From Raja brachyura (Eukaryota): a stretch of DNA of 64,000 nucleotides. Shown piece by piece: positions 26,701 to 38,754 of this stretch. Positions within the stretch are counted from its first letter, which is position 1. The number at the start of each line of letters is the position of its first letter. Location: NCBI GenBank assembly GCA_963514005.1, contig OY740804.1:5146001-5210000 (forward strand), written 5' to 3'. The translations under genes and the position numbers were made by a program. Under the pieces are notes generated by a model. That model was not told the DNA's origin and ran no database searches. It worked only from the letters and a program-made list of their open reading frames with translations.

Positions 26701-29360
26701 GGCTGGCCTTGTTTGTATACTCTAGAATTTAGAAGGAGATCTTATTGAAACATATAAGATTATTAAGGGTTTGGACACGCTAGAGGCAGGAAACTTGTTC
26801 ACGATGTTTGTGGAATCCAGAACCAGGGGCCACAGTTTAAGAATAAGGGGAAAGCCATTTAGAATGGAAATGAGGAAACACTTTTTGTTGTGAGTCTGTG
26901 GAATTCTCTGCCTCAGAGGGCGGTGGAGGCCGGTTCTCTGGATACTTTCAAGAAAGAGCTCGGTAGGGCTCTTAAAGATAGCAGAGTCAGGGGATATGGG
27001 GAGAAGGCAGGAACGGGGTACTGATTGGGGATGATCAGCCATGATCACATTGATCACACTGGCTCGAAGGGCTGAATGGCCTACCCCTGCACCTATTGTC
27101 TATTGTCTATTGACCGAAAATGTCACCTATTCCATTTCTCCTGGGTGCTGCCTATCCCGCTGAATTACTCCAGCATTTTGTGTCTATCTTCGGTGTAAAC
27201 CAGCATCCTTCCTACACACCTTTGTAAGTTAAACTTGCTTAACAATCGGTAGACATAAGGAACTGCAGATGCTGGAATCTGTGTAGAAAGTGCTGCAGCA
27301 ACTCAGCGGGACGGGCAGCACCTCTCCATAACAATCAGTATGCTCATTATCGCACAGCAGTCCAAGTGTATATTATCAGTGAAGCATATTATCAGTCTTA
27401 AAATCTTCAGAAAATCTCTTACCTGTGAAAACATCCAACATGACAATATCTGAAACATTGATTTTCTTTGCCTGACTTTTTCCACACCAGTATGTTCCTG
27501 CATCTTTCTTCTGAAGTTGACTTGTTACAAAAACAGACCCATTGAGTCTTCTCATTGATATCCTTCCACTACGGTCCTCTTCTTTCTCAGTGTTGACTAT
27601 TACTTGACACTCCTCTCCAGAATAGGCTTTGCACCAGCTGACATGTCCTGTTTTCTGAGCGTTTGGACATTCTATAGTCACTGTTTCTCCCTCGCCAGCT
27701 CTTATCACCATCAAGTGAAGCTGTGCTATGGAACCTGTTGGGTGAAATTTAATGCTGGAAATTTTACAGAATCACATCAAAATATTCCCATAACCACCCC
27801 CCCCCCCCCCCCCCCCCCCGGACATAATCTCAGGTTCATAAATTATAGGAGAACATTTAATCCATTCAGTTCATCGTCTGCCCCACCATTTGATAATGGC
27901 TGATCTATCTCTCCCTCTCAACCCAATTCTCCTGCCTTCTTCCCAAAACACCTAACACCCTCTTTACTGACCAAGAATTGGAGAATCTATGCCTTAAAAA
28001 TACCCAATGACTTGACCTCCACAGCCATCTGTGGCAATGGATTCCACTGATTCACCACCCTCTGACTAAATAAATTAATCCGCAACTCCTTTGTACAGGT
28101 ATGTTCTTTGTAACAGGTACAGGTACAGGTCAGTAGCGAAGCGGTAGAGATGCTGCCTTACAGCGCCAGAGACCCGGGTATGTGTTCAGTCTGTATGGTG
28201 TTTGTACGTTCTCCCTGTGACCTGCATAGTTTTTCTCCGGGTGCTCCAGTTTCCTCCCACACTCCAAAGACGTGCAGGTTTGTAGGTTAATTGGCTTAGG
28301 TAAAAATCTTTCCTCGTGTGTAAGATAGAACTAATGTGCGGATATCGCTGGTGGTTCGAAGCGCCTGTTTCCACGCTGTATCTCCAAACTAAACTAAACG
28401 TCCTGTTATTCTGAGGCTGTGCACTCTGGTCCTAGACTCTCCCACCAGTGGAAACATCCTCTCCACATCCACTCTATCCAGGCCTTTCACTATTCGGTAG
28501 GTTTCAATGCCCCCCTCATCCTAAAATGGGAGGTGGGAGGAAACTCGAGCATCCGGAAGAAACCCATATGGTGAAGGGGAGAAACTCCACAAAGACAGCA
28601 TCCGAGGAAAGATTACCGTAAAAATCTTCTGTGCTGCATCTTAACTGAAAATCATAGAACAGTACAGCACAGGAACAGGCCATTTGGCCCACAATCGCCA
28701 TGCTGAACATGATGCCATGACCAACCCCTATCTGCCTGCTCATCATCCATATCTTTCCATTCCCTGCATTTCCATCTGCCCCTGAAGACTGATTGTGGTG
28801 GGGTATTCTCCACACCCCTCTTGCCCCAACGCAATCAGTCTGAAGAAGGGTCCTGGCCCAAGTTATCACCTATCCATGTTCTCTAGAGATGCTGCCTGAC
28901 CCGCTGAGTTACTCCAGCACTTTGTGTCTTTTTTCTCTTACATGCATGTGCCAGTCCGAAAGTCTCTTAAATCCTCTGCTAAATCCCATGCACTTGTCAC
29001 AGTTTGTTTTAACTCTTGCTGAAATGTAAAGTTAATTGGTTCCTTTCTAGGCTCCTGGTCCTTTGGCTGAACAGCAGTGTATCATCACTTATTTAAATAA
29101 CAAGAGCTAATCTTCGGGTTAACATATAACTGCGCTATGGTTCCATGACCATAAGTTAATGGGGCAGAATTAGGCTGTTCGGCCCATCATGTCTTCTCCG
29201 CCATTCAATCATGGCTGATCTATCTCTCCCTCCTAACCCCATTCTCCTGCCTTCTCCCCATAACTCCAGGCACCCGTACTAATCATGAATCTGTCCATCT
29301 TAGCTTTAAGTGGAAAAACTTACTTGAAGTCACAGTGAGAAACAGCAGAATGTAAAACAT
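14540..29360 (-). CDS. Gene A: two-Ig-V-domain CD300/pIgR-like (MDIR-like) inhibitory receptor, ~345 aa; exons 29324-29360, 27423-27734, 25630-25944, 24933-24972, 23956-24071, 15455-15492, 14540-14719
   Basis: All seven exons have GT/AG boundaries with compatible phases (1,1,1,2,1,0) and join into one open 1038-nt frame: leader, IgV, IgV, stalk, TM, tail, ITIM exon. Confidence 0.85.
15455..15492 (-). CDS. Gene A short cytoplasmic exon
   Basis: CTTCTTTGCAG|ATGGTTGC...GCCAAG|GTAAGA; 38 nt, phase 1 to phase 0, encodes GCKNSETPTTAK. Confidence 0.75.
16757..17332. mobile_element. PIF/Harbinger-type MITE
   Basis: ~36-bp TIR AGGGC(A/C)TGTCCTACAAGCATGCAACTCTATGCGAT; 3-bp TAA TSD (16754-16756, 17333-17335); inserted in a CR1 fragment. 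Confidence 0.88.
17690..19253 (+). pseudogene. DIRS gag (ORF1) with in-frame TAG at 18041-18043 and a frameshift near 19040
   Basis: ORFs 17690-18043 and 18047-19081 share a frame; the conserved tail IRPALNPKFAGLCK continues in 19029-19253. Confidence 0.85.
19250..21368 (+). pseudogene. DIRS pol: reverse transcriptase, RNase H and DNA adenine-methylase-like domain (frameshift at T run ~21018-21024)
   Basis: RT motifs IDLQDAYY, LPNGL, YLDD; RNase H TDAS and IDNTTAV; MT-like DLFASRLN, YAFPPF, PDWPTQPWY. Confidence 0.92.
21362..22339 (+). pseudogene. DIRS tyrosine recombinase with one in-frame TAG (21932-21934)
   Basis: ORFs 21266-21934 and 22004-22339 are in the same frame. Catalytic motifs: SAQRVQTL (R), HSTRAAS (HxxR), TAGW, FYNKP (Y). 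Confidence 0.9.
23592..23820. repeat. Penelope-terminus-derived inverted repeat (similar pairs at 15175-15345 and 24140-24378)
   Basis: ~100-bp arms (GCTGGAGTAACTCAG..GCAGCATC..GGAGA..GGTGACG) facing their reverse complements. Confidence 0.7.
23956..24071 (-). CDS. Gene A transmembrane exon (no charged residue)
   Basis: TTTTAATAG|...|GTAAGT; encodes SGTPQIWHIILPLVLGLLIVLPIVLLVKKRKQSETIPQE. Not present in the ORF track. Confidence 0.88.
24631..24773. mobile_element. Small MITE (Harbinger-like) inside a SINE; absent from the paralogous SINE near 52925
   Basis: 17-bp perfect TIR CCCTGTCCCACGGTACG / CGTACCGTGGGACAGGG. Confidence 0.8.
24933..24972 (-). CDS. Gene A stalk exon
   Basis: CCCACCTCAG|GAACAAT...GCAAG|GTAAGA; 40 nt, phase 1 to phase 2, encodes GTITKAEVPSNKA. 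Confidence 0.8.
25630..25944 (-). CDS. Gene A Ig V domain 2
   Basis: TTIHC.Y...KFLCK...C...FAVTI...DVGEYWCG; the extra C-C' cysteine pair is typical of CD300/pIgR/TREM. 315 nt, phase 1-1, NAGNAG acceptor. Confidence 0.92.
26330..26640 (+). mobile_element. Penelope GIY-YIG C-terminal fragment (duplicate at ~54490-54800)
   Basis: GEIKRRLGDRFAEHL...NHFNSPSHSH...LEEQHFIF...QPSGMNVEF. Confidence 0.8.
27423..27734 (-). CDS. Gene A Ig V domain 1
   Basis: GETVTIEC...SWCK....C...DAGTYWCG; 312 nt, phase 1-1, CCCAACAG acceptor and GTAAG donor. Confidence 0.92.
29324..29360 (-). CDS. Gene A signal-peptide exon
   Basis: CCACGATG start, MFYILLFLTVTS, phase-1 GTAAGT donor. Confidence 0.85.
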
Positions 29361-32082
29361 CGTGGTTCCAGTGAGTGAGAGGTCCTTGTTTGCCGATGAA
29401 GCGGTCTCCAATTCGTGCTGTTCACGACTTACTCTTGTTTGATTTAACTCTTGTTCGAATGAACAAATGCTTAGCAATGTGACATAGAGTAAGGAACATT
29501 GACCCATATCCTGTTTTGCAACCTGTTGCATGCACATTGTCAACGGTTCCACTTTGGGGGATTAACTGTGGTTGGCAGAGGTTTGAGGAGAAGACAAGCT
29601 GAACTGAAGCAGGTTTCCAGTGAGGGTATCCACACTTACGTGGTCATATCCCAATCCTGTCCTCCTTAAAGATCAGTGTTGGGAGATGCACTTTTTAAAA
29701 TTAATACTTTGTAATCCAATGTAGAATAAGGAACATTGACAAACATCCTGTTTCACAACTTGCTGAACTTACAGTGCCAGAGACCTGGGTTCAATTGTGA
29801 CTATGGGTGCTGTCTGTACGGGGTTTGTACGTTCTCCCCATGACCGCGTGATTTTCTCCCAGCGTGTTCCGGTTTCCTCGCACTATCCAAAGACGTGTGG
29901 ATTTGTAGGTTATCTGGCTTCACTAAGTTGTAGATTGTCCCTCGTGTGTCGGATGGTCCTAGCGTACGGGGTTGTCTACAGAGATGCTGTCTGACCCGCT
30001 GGGTTACTCTGGCTTTTTGTGTCTACCTTCCGTTTAAACCGGCATCGGCAGTTCCTTTCTAAACAGTTGAAATTATTCCTTCATGGCTTGGAAGAGTGCT
30101 GAGAAGATTTATCAGGATTTTGCCAGGACTCGAAGATCTGAGCTACAAGGAGGATGTGTCTCACCCTGGCCACTCCCTCTTCTCCCCTCTCTCATCAGGC
30201 AAGAGGTACAGAAGTTTGAAAACGCACACCTGCAGATTCACGGAGTTTCTTCCTTCCTTCATGTTATCATGAAACGGAACCTTCTTATTACTAACTAGAG
30301 ACTGATCCTGACCTACCATCCACCTCATTGGAGACCCTTGCACCATCTTTAATTGGACTTTACTGGACTTTATCTTGCACGGAACCTACAGTATTTCCCT
30401 TTATCCTGTATCTGTACACTGTGGATGGCTTGGTTGTAATCACGTATAGTCCTTTTGCTGACTGGATAGCATGCAAGAAAAAAGTTTTCCATTGTGCCTT
30501 GGACCATGTGATAAACTAAATGATAAACTAAACTAAATTTGGATAATCTAGGACTTTATTCCTTGGAGCACAGGAGGCTGAGGGGGGTGGAAGATTGCAA
30601 CCTTCACGTGGTCCGCCCTGTTTCGACTAATGCAATCAACTCAACGTGCACACGCAGAAGATCAAATAGAACAAGTTGTCCTACAACTTTAGGGTGTGCA
30701 TGCCATACGAAAGAAGACGAAGGAGGCTGAGGGGTGATCTTATAGAGGTGTATACACTCATGAGGAGGAATTGATAGGGTGAGTTCACAGAGCCTTTTAC
30801 CCAGAGTAAAAGGGGAATCAAAATCCAGAGGACAAGTTTAAATTGAGGGGGGAGGGATTTAATAGGAACCTGAGGGGCAAGCATTTCACTCAGAATGTGG
30901 TGGGTGTATGGAACGAGCTGTCAAAGGAGGTAGCTAATGCACTTACTATAACAACATTTAAAAGACAATTGGACAGGTACATGGATAAGAATGATTTAGA
31001 GGGATATGGATCAAATGCTGCCAAATGGGACTAAATAGGTGGGGCATTTTGGTCAGCATGGATGGGTGAAGGGTCTATTTCCGTGCGATATAATTATGCG
31101 TCTATGATTCTAATTAATTACCATGATAACCTCTCTGATGCTGCGGAGACATGCTGCCTCGATGGTCAAATCCTACGACTAGGAAGATGAAAGTCAATGT
31201 GATCTTGACCTCCATGGATGGAGTAGACCAGGTATGAAGGTCTTCTTGTATCTCAATGTAGACAGACTTGGAATATCATAAGGTATCATAATATCTAGGG
31301 GCGCAGCGGTAGAGTTGCTGCCTCACAGCACCAGAGACCTGGGTTCGATCCTAACTACAGGTGCCTGTCTGTATGAAGTTTGTACATCCTCCCCGTAACC
31401 TGTGTGGGTTTTCTTCAGGATCTCCAGTTTCCTCCCACACTCCAAAGATGTGCAGGATTGTGGACTAATGGACTTGGTATAATTGTAAATTGTCCCTGAT
31501 GTGTAGGATGGTGTTAGTGTGCAGGGATCGCTGGTCGCCGCAGACTTGGTAGGCCTAAGCGGTTGGTTCAATAGCCAATAGACAATAGATACAGGAGTAG
31601 GCCATTCGGCCTTTTGAGCCAGCACCGCCATTCAATGTGATCATGGCTGACCATCCCCAATCAGTACCCCGTTCCTGCCTTCTCCCCATATCCCCTGACT
31701 CCGCCATCGTTAAGAGCCCTATCTCGCTCTCTCTTGAAAGTATCCAGAGATCCGGCCTCCACCGCCACTGTTCCTCTAAACTAAACCAAACTTAGAAATG
31801 CCAGTGTCAGCTGAGTGGCCTTTCAGTAATAAGGAGAGTACTGTGCCTTGAATTTCAATGGGACAGTTCTGGTTTGCAGTTTTGAGCAATTTGGTATTGG
31901 TATGAGTAAAAATTGTGGTTGTGCAATGAATGCAATCATTTACTGCATGTCAGCGGTGCTGGGAAAGTGTCAAGCATAGTGTGCCCAGGAACGAGAGCTC
32001 CAATTGCAGAACTTTACATTGCGAAATTGTAAGCATGATTGACTCAGGGTAAGAGAGTCAAAGGTTATGGGAACCACTCGAG

Positions 32083-34100
32083 CATGTGAAAACGAGGAAT
32101 TATAGACCAGTTAGTCTTACATTGGTAGTGGGGAAGATGCTGAAATCGATTATTAAGGATGTTATAGCAGCGCATTTGGAACGCAATGACAGGATCGGCC
32201 AAAGTCAGCATGGATTTATGAAGGGGAAATCATGCTTGACTAATCTTTTGGATTTTTTTGAGGATGTAACAAGTAGAATGGATAAGGGAGAGCCAGTGAA
32301 TGTGGAGTATCTGGACTTTCAAAATGCCTTTGACAAAGTCCCACACAAGAGATTAGTGTGCAAAATTAGAGCACATGGTATTGGGGGTAGGGCATTGAAA
32401 TGGATAGAGAACTGTTGGCAGACAGGAAGCAAAGAGTAGGAATTAACAGGTCCTTTTCAGAATGGCAGGCAGTGACTGGTGGGATGCCACAAGGTTCGGT
32501 GCTGGGACCCCGTTATTTACAATATATTATCGATTTAGACGAGGGAATTAAATGTAACATTACTAAGTTTGCAATTGACACAAAATTTGCTGGGTGGCAG
32601 TGTGATATGCAAGGAAGATGCTAAGAGGCTGCAGGGTGACTTGGACTGGTTGGGTGAGTGGGCAGAAGCATGGCAGATGCAGTAAAATGTGGATAAATGT
32701 GAGGTTATGCACTTTGGTGGCAACAGGAAGGCAGATTATTATCTGAATGGTGACAGATTAGGAGAAGGGGAGGAGCATCAAGACCTGGGTGTGCTTGTAC
32801 ATCAGTCACTGAAAGTAAGCATGCTGGTACAACAGACAGTGAAGAAAGCCAATGGCATGGTGGCCTTTATTTGAGAGGATTTGAGTTTAGGAGCAAGGAG
32901 GTCCTACTGCAGTTGTACAAGGCCCTGGTGTGACCACACCTGGAGTATTACGTGCAATTTTGGTCTCCTAATTTGAGGAAGGACATTATTGCTATTGAGG
33001 CAGTGCAGCGTACATTCATCAGGTTAATTTCCAGGATGACGGGACTGACATATGATGATAGAATGTGTCGACTGGGCTTTTATTCATTGGAATTTAGAAG
33101 GTTGAGAGGGTATCTTATAGAAACATATAAAATGGAGCGCAGAAGGTTAAGGGGGGACTTGATAGAGGTCTTTAAAATGATGAGAGGGATAGACAGAGTT
33201 AATGTGGACAAGCTTTTCCCTTTGAGAATAGGGAAGATTCAAACAAGAGGACATGACTTTAGAATTAAGGGACAGAGGTTTAGGGGTAACATGAGGGGGA
33301 ACTTCTTTACTCAGAGAGTGGTAGCGGTGTGGAATGAGCTTCCAGTGGAAGTGGTGGCGGCAGGTTCGTTGGTATCATTTAAAAATAAATTGGATAGGCA
33401 TATGGATGAGAAGGGTATGGAGGGTTATGGTATGAGTGCAGGCAGGTGGGACTAGGGGAAAAAAGTTGTTCGGCACGGACTTGAAGGGCCGAGATGGCCT
33501 GTTTCCGTGCTGTAATTGTTATATGGTTATATGGTTATTCTTAGAGTATTGGACAGGTTAGATGCAGGAAAAATGTTCTCGATGTTGGGGGAGTCAGAAC
33601 CAAGGGACATAGTTTAAAAATAAGTGGTAGGCCATTTAGGACTGAGATGAAGGAAAACCTTTTCACCCGGAGAGTTGTGAATCTGTAGAAGGCAGTGGAG
33701 GCCAATTCATGAAACTTAGTTTAGAAATACAAAATGTAAACAGGCCCTTCGGCCCAACGAGTCCACACTGACCGTTGATCAACCGTTCATATTAGTTCTC
33801 CCGGAGACACACTTTTCACCCGGAGAGTTGTGAATCTGTGGAATTCTCTGCCATCGAAGGCAGCGATCGCCAATTCACTGGATGTATTCAAGAGAGAGTT
33901 AGATTTAGCTCTTAGGGTTAAGGAATCAGGGGATATGGGGAAATAGCTGGAACGGGGTACTGATGTCACTGAACCTTAATTGGTGCATGTGACAATAAAT
34001 GTGAACTTGAACTTGATTGTGGATGATCAGCCTTGATCATATTGAATGGCTCAAAGAGCCGAATGGCCTCATCCTGCACCTATTGTCTATGTTTCGATGT
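32083..34100 (+). mobile_element. CR1-clade LINE RT fragment with a nested second CR1 3' end (~33133-33536); duplicate at ~60457-62395
   Basis: NYRPVSLT, QHGFMKGKSCLTNL, YLDFQNAFDKVPH, PQGSVLGP motifs with frameshifts; the nested piece ends in (TATGGT)n. Confidence 0.9.
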
Positions 34101-34101
34101 T

Positions 34102-34920
34102 TGGAGTGGCAGCTGCGGCTCGCCTGCAGTCCGTCTGTTTTTTCTTTTTTTGTTGTTGTCTTGTCCTGTTTTAGCATGTTAATTTGAGTTATTATGTTGT
34201 GTATGTGTGTGGGAGGGGTGGGAGAAACGTTTTTAGTCTCTTCCTTCGGGGGGACGCGACTTTTCTTGTCGTATCCCCCGTCTCCGTCTCCGTCTGCGCT
34301 GAGGCCTAATGGCGGAGCTGGTAGCTTCCAACTGCGACCGACCTCGAGGCTCCGGAGGCATGCCAGCCAGGACTTACCAGCTCGAGGCTGGCCGACTTCG
34401 GGGCCGCGGCGGGTTCAGGCATTCCGGCGTTCCGGCGGCCCGACTCGGAGCTGTGGCGGCTTTCCGTTGCCGGCGGCAGCGACTTCGGAGGCCCGGCCGC
34501 GGGCCCAGTGGACGACATCATCGGGAGCTCACAGGTCACAGGTTGGTGACCTGTTTTTCCGGTCCACCCGTGGCAACAGCTGAGTCGGCTGGACTGGAGG
34601 GCGGCAGCTTCGGCAGCTTCGACCGCCCCAGGCCGCGGAGTTGAACCGGCCCGTTCGCAGAGCACGGTTCAGCCACGGGACTTACTTACATCACCCGGTG
34701 GGGTCACAACATCGGAGGCCTGGGTCGCCTCAGCGCAGAGGAAGAACAAGAAGGGAAGAGACAAAGATTTTGCCTTCCATCACAGTGAGGCGGTGTCTGG
34801 TGAACTCACTGTGCTGGATGTTAAATTTGTGTTTATTGTGTGTTTTGTTATTTTATTACATGTATGACTGCAAGGCAACGAAATTTCGTTCAGACCGAAA
34901 GGTCTGAATGACAATAAAGT
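34102..34920 (+). repeat. GC-rich non-coding interspersed repeat with a LINE-type 3' tail (duplicate at ~62396-63215)
   Basis: GC-rich body ending in hairpin TTCAGACCGAAAGGTCTGAA followed by TGACAATAAA, the same tail type as the Rex1-like fragment. Confidence 0.55.
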
Positions 34921-35614
34921 TTCCACGATTCCATGATATACTGGTCAGTACAAGTATCCCTATACCTAAGCACTTGGATACATCTTAGATAAGCATCTCA
35001 GATACAGTGCAAGTGTATATATAGCACTGGTACACAGAGACAGTGTGCAGAGTTAGCTCCCATACATGCCTGGAAAACCATGGAAAACCATGAAAACATG
35101 CAAACATGAAAAACGATGAAATGCAACAAAATGTGTCTGTTCTCCTTCTGTTAGACGGACAAGAGCAATGAGAATTACCAGCGGAAATGAGTTTTGCTTA
35201 AATATTTAAAGTTGTTTGGATGGTGAGTAATCAATAATTGCATTCAATCAACCCCCCCCCCCCCCCACTCCTCACTCGCACATTTTGTGCCCCCCACTCC
35301 CCACGTCTCTTCCAGTTTAATAACCAGAGGCTTTTTCACGGGGTAGCACGGTGGCGCAGCGGTAGAGTTGCTGCATGAAGGACGTTGCAATTGTAACAAC
35401 TTCTCTTTCCACATGCGTTGTGAAGCTCGATTGAATACCGATGGTGGCGTCAATGGTGGGCTGAGAGACGTTGTTGTTTCGCTCTGCTCCCAAAGACTGT
35501 TTTAATGAGCTAAAATATGAAGACGGAAGAGTTATAAAAATAACTACCGGAGCTGTTATTTAATTGTGTGTTATCAGAAGTCCTGCTGATAACAGAGAAT
35601 AACGGCAGTTTTAA

Positions 35615-36658
35615 ATGAAAAAGACTAAAACCCGCCAGAAGCCTTCGAAAGCTGCTACAAGATCTGCACAAACTTATCTGAAAAAATCTGGAAAGACTCC
35701 TCAATCCCCGCAAGCATCAGCTGGAAGTTCAGAAGAAGAAACTGACTTTGAAAACCCTTCTACAGAAATGACTTCAATGGAGGAACAACTGGTAAAGTCA
35801 GTAACAGCTTTAGTCACTGAAAACATCTCTAAAGTGATACGAGAGGGGAATGTTGCGCTGGAAAAAAGACTTTCCAAAAGCCTCTCTGAAAAAATTAAAC
35901 AAGGTAATGATAAGCTGATGGGGAAAATTGACGACTTAGCCAAACGTGTGGTCGAGATTGAGGAGGACTTAAACAATAAAATTAAGCGGGTTGATAAGAA
36001 CTGGAATAAAAAGCTGGACGCGATGTCAAAGTCCACTGAAGCGGCGATAGAAGGAATGGATAATTCGTTAACTGAGATGGCTAAGGAGATAAAGAGACTA
36101 AAAAAGGAACAAGAAAGTACTGGGAGGGAGCTTGCTAAAATGAAATATAAATGTATGGACCTGGAAGCAAGATCGGGGAGACAAAACTTGAGGATAGTTG
36201 GAGTAAAAGAAGGAATGGAGAGTGGACAAAACTTTCAGGAGTTTGCTGCCAACTTACTCAAACAAGTACTTAAGCTGCCTGAAGCCCCGAGAATAGATAT
36301 GGTTCACTGGGTCCAACGTAAGGCTCAAGCAAGCTCAAATGGCCCCCCAAGACAGATTATTATGAAATTCTATGATATTTCAACCCTGGAAGGAATTATG
36401 AAAAAGATCCCATATGGAGTGAATTTGATGTTTGGAGAAGACAAACTAAGATTCTTCCGTGATTTTCCAGCTGAAGTCATGGAAAAGAGGGACCAGTTTA
36501 CAAACACGAGAAGGCTACTGAAGGAGGTCGAGGGAGTAAGATATAGGATAGTATATCCCGCGAAATTGAGAATTACTTATAACTCTGTCGAACGTGCATT
36601 CATGGATCCAGTAGAGGCATTTAAATATGCACAAAGTATCACACAGGAGGCCTACTGA
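35615..36658 (+). CDS. L1 ORF1p (coiled coil, RRM, CTD)
   Basis: 347-aa open frame with DLEARSGRQNLRIVGVKEG, PRQIIMKF and YPAKLRI motifs. Confidence 0.9.
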   Translation: MKKTKTRQKPSKAATRSAQTYLKKSGKTPQSPQASAGSSEEETDFENPSTEMTSMEEQLVKSVTALVTENISKVIREGNVALEKRLSKSLSEKIKQGNDKLMGKIDDLAKRVVEIEEDLNNKIKRVDKNWNKKLDAMSKSTEAAIEGMDNSLTEMAKEIKRLKKEQESTGRELAKMKYKCMDLEARSGRQNLRIVGVKEGMESGQNFQEFAANLLKQVLKLPEAPRIDMVHWVQRKAQASSNGPPRQIIMKFYDISTLEGIMKKIPYGVNLMFGEDKLRFFRDFPAEVMEKRDQFTNTRRLLKEVEGVRYRIVYPAKLRITYNSVERAFMDPVEAFKYAQSITQEAY

Positions 36659-37289
36659 TAATTAGAAGTTGGTCTCCCACAATAACACAGAAGAATTGTG
36701 TTTCCCTTTTTTTTTAACATACAAAAAAGACGGCTCTGGTTCATCATGGCGAATTTTCATCGAAGCGCTGACTAGACATCTTATCTTTGGAATGTTAATT
36801 CAAGGTCGGATTTTAAGTTTCGCTTCAGCAAAGGATTGGAAAAGAAAAACACAGTGGCAGGGAAAATAACTTGAGAATATGGAAAAATATTATCAGTGGA
36901 CTTGCAGATAGAAACTTATGACTTAAGAAACACACAATTATATACTAACATAAAATATAATTAATAAAATGGTGTAATATTAAGACATAGCGTAATAATG
37001 GCTGTTGTTTATTTCATGATGTTAATTACTTGCTAAATATAAGAATAACGAGTTAAATATGATTATAAGTATTAACATACTAATAAATGTTATGGATATA
37101 GTAGATTTAGTTTAAATTGCGAGCAAAGTGGAGGGGAGGAGACTCAGATACTTGGAAGTTATCCATGGGTACTTGGAAGTTATCCGGGCTTTTGTGTCGG
37201 ACAACAGCGGGCTCCAAGGTTAACCCCTTGGGGACCACTGTTGTCTGATACAAATGTTTGAGACTTAATTGTAATAGATCTTGGTAACC

Positions 37290-38287
37290 CCGTATTGGTG
37301 GAAATGTGTCAGACTCGATAACAATCAGCACGGGAGCACCTCAGGGCTGCGTGCTCAGCCCCCTGCTGTACTCACTCTATACTCATGACTGCGTAGCCGG
37401 TCATAGCGCGAACTCCATCATCAAGTTCGCTCATGACACCACTATTGTGGGACGTATCACTGATGGGGATGAGTCCGAGTATAGGAGAGAGATCGAGCGA
37501 CTGTCCATATGGTGCCAACACAACAACCTGGTCATCAACACCAGCAAAACCAAGGAACTGATTGTGGACTTTGGAAGGAGTAGGATGGGGACCCACAGTC
37601 CTGTTTATATCAATGGGTCGATGGTTGAAAGGGTCAAGAGCTTCAAATTCCTGGGCGTGCACATCTGTGAAGATCTTTCCTGGTCCGAGAACACAGATGC
37701 AATTATTAAGAAAGCTCATCAGCGCCTCTACTTCCTGAGAAGATTACGGAGGGTTGGTCTGTCAAAGAGGACTCTCTCTAACTTCTACAGGTGTACAGTA
37801 GAGAGCTTGCTGACTGGTTGCATCGTGGCTTGGTTCGGCAACTTGAGCGCCCTGGAGAGGAAAAGACTCCAAAAAGTGGTAAACACTGCCCAGTCCATCA
37901 TCGGCTCTGACCTTCCTTCCATCGAGGGGATTTATCACAGTGGCTGCCTCAAAAAGGCTGGCAGCATCATCAAGGACCCACACCACCCTAGCCACACACT
38001 CATCTCCCTGCTACCTTCGGGTAGAAGGTACAGGAGCCTGAAGACTGCAACAACCCGGTTTAAGAATAGCTACTTCCCCACAGCCATCAGGCTATTAAAC
38101 CTGGCTCGGAACTCTAATCATTAATATCCCTCCATCTGTTATTTGCACTTTATTAATTTATTAAGTCATGGGTGTATTTATGTATAGAATTGTAGTCAAT
38201 GCCTTCTATGTTCTGTCGTGCTATGCAAAGAAAGATTTTCATTGTCCTGTCAGGGACACATGACAATAAACTCTTTTGACTCTTTGA
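37290..38287 (+). mobile_element. Rex1/Babar-type non-LTR 3' fragment nested in the L1 spacer
   Basis: STGAPQGCVLSPLLYSLYTHDC, KFAHDTT (FADD mutated), QRLYFLRRL, LLPSGRRYRS; tail TGACAATAAA plus short repeats. Confidence 0.85.
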
Positions 38288-38754
38288 TAATTAACATAAT
38301 CACTGTTATATCTAAGTATATACTTAATGTTGGAAATTCTCTTTTATTTTGTTTTTTCTCTTTGAAGATACATTTCTAATCTATCTATCGAAGTGTGTTT
38401 TATTTTATATATTTATATTTTTTAACTTTGTATTGCTCTCTCTTCCAAATAATAATAATTGGTCAAGGGGGCAGAGCAAAACATATAGAAACATCTACGG
38501 AAGTCGATAAGAATTTTTCTACCACCTGTTGGTGGTTTGTTTTTAGTTATAATATCTTTATTTTTGGATATTATAATTTCACTTTTTGTTTGTTAATTAT
38601 CTTTTCACGATTCTACACTTTCTGGTTTTTTTCAAGGTCTATTCTGAAGGGGAGATGCCAACAAAATCTAATAGCTGGGGATGATCATCCCTCACCTAGA
38701 GTAATGAGGTTCTTGGTTGCACCATATGAAGTAAAGGTATTAACACGACCCATA

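Larger units (their letters stand above)
24850..35707 (+). repeat. Segmental duplication unit 1 (paralog at ~53010-64000, offset ~28.15-28.3 kb)
   Basis: Near-identical sequence and ORF sets in both blocks, including all embedded repeats. Confidence 0.97.

Noticed and set aside
34194-34907. GC-rich ORFs resembling a CpG-island gene start (also 62331-63202)
   Set aside because: They sit in an interspersed repeat with a LINE-like tail, and the frames differ between the two duplicates.
38395-38754. Hydrophobic N-terminal extension of the 379-aa ORF suggesting a membrane protein
   Set aside because: It is T-rich L1 spacer read from a non-ATG start; the endonuclease domain begins at ATG 38755.
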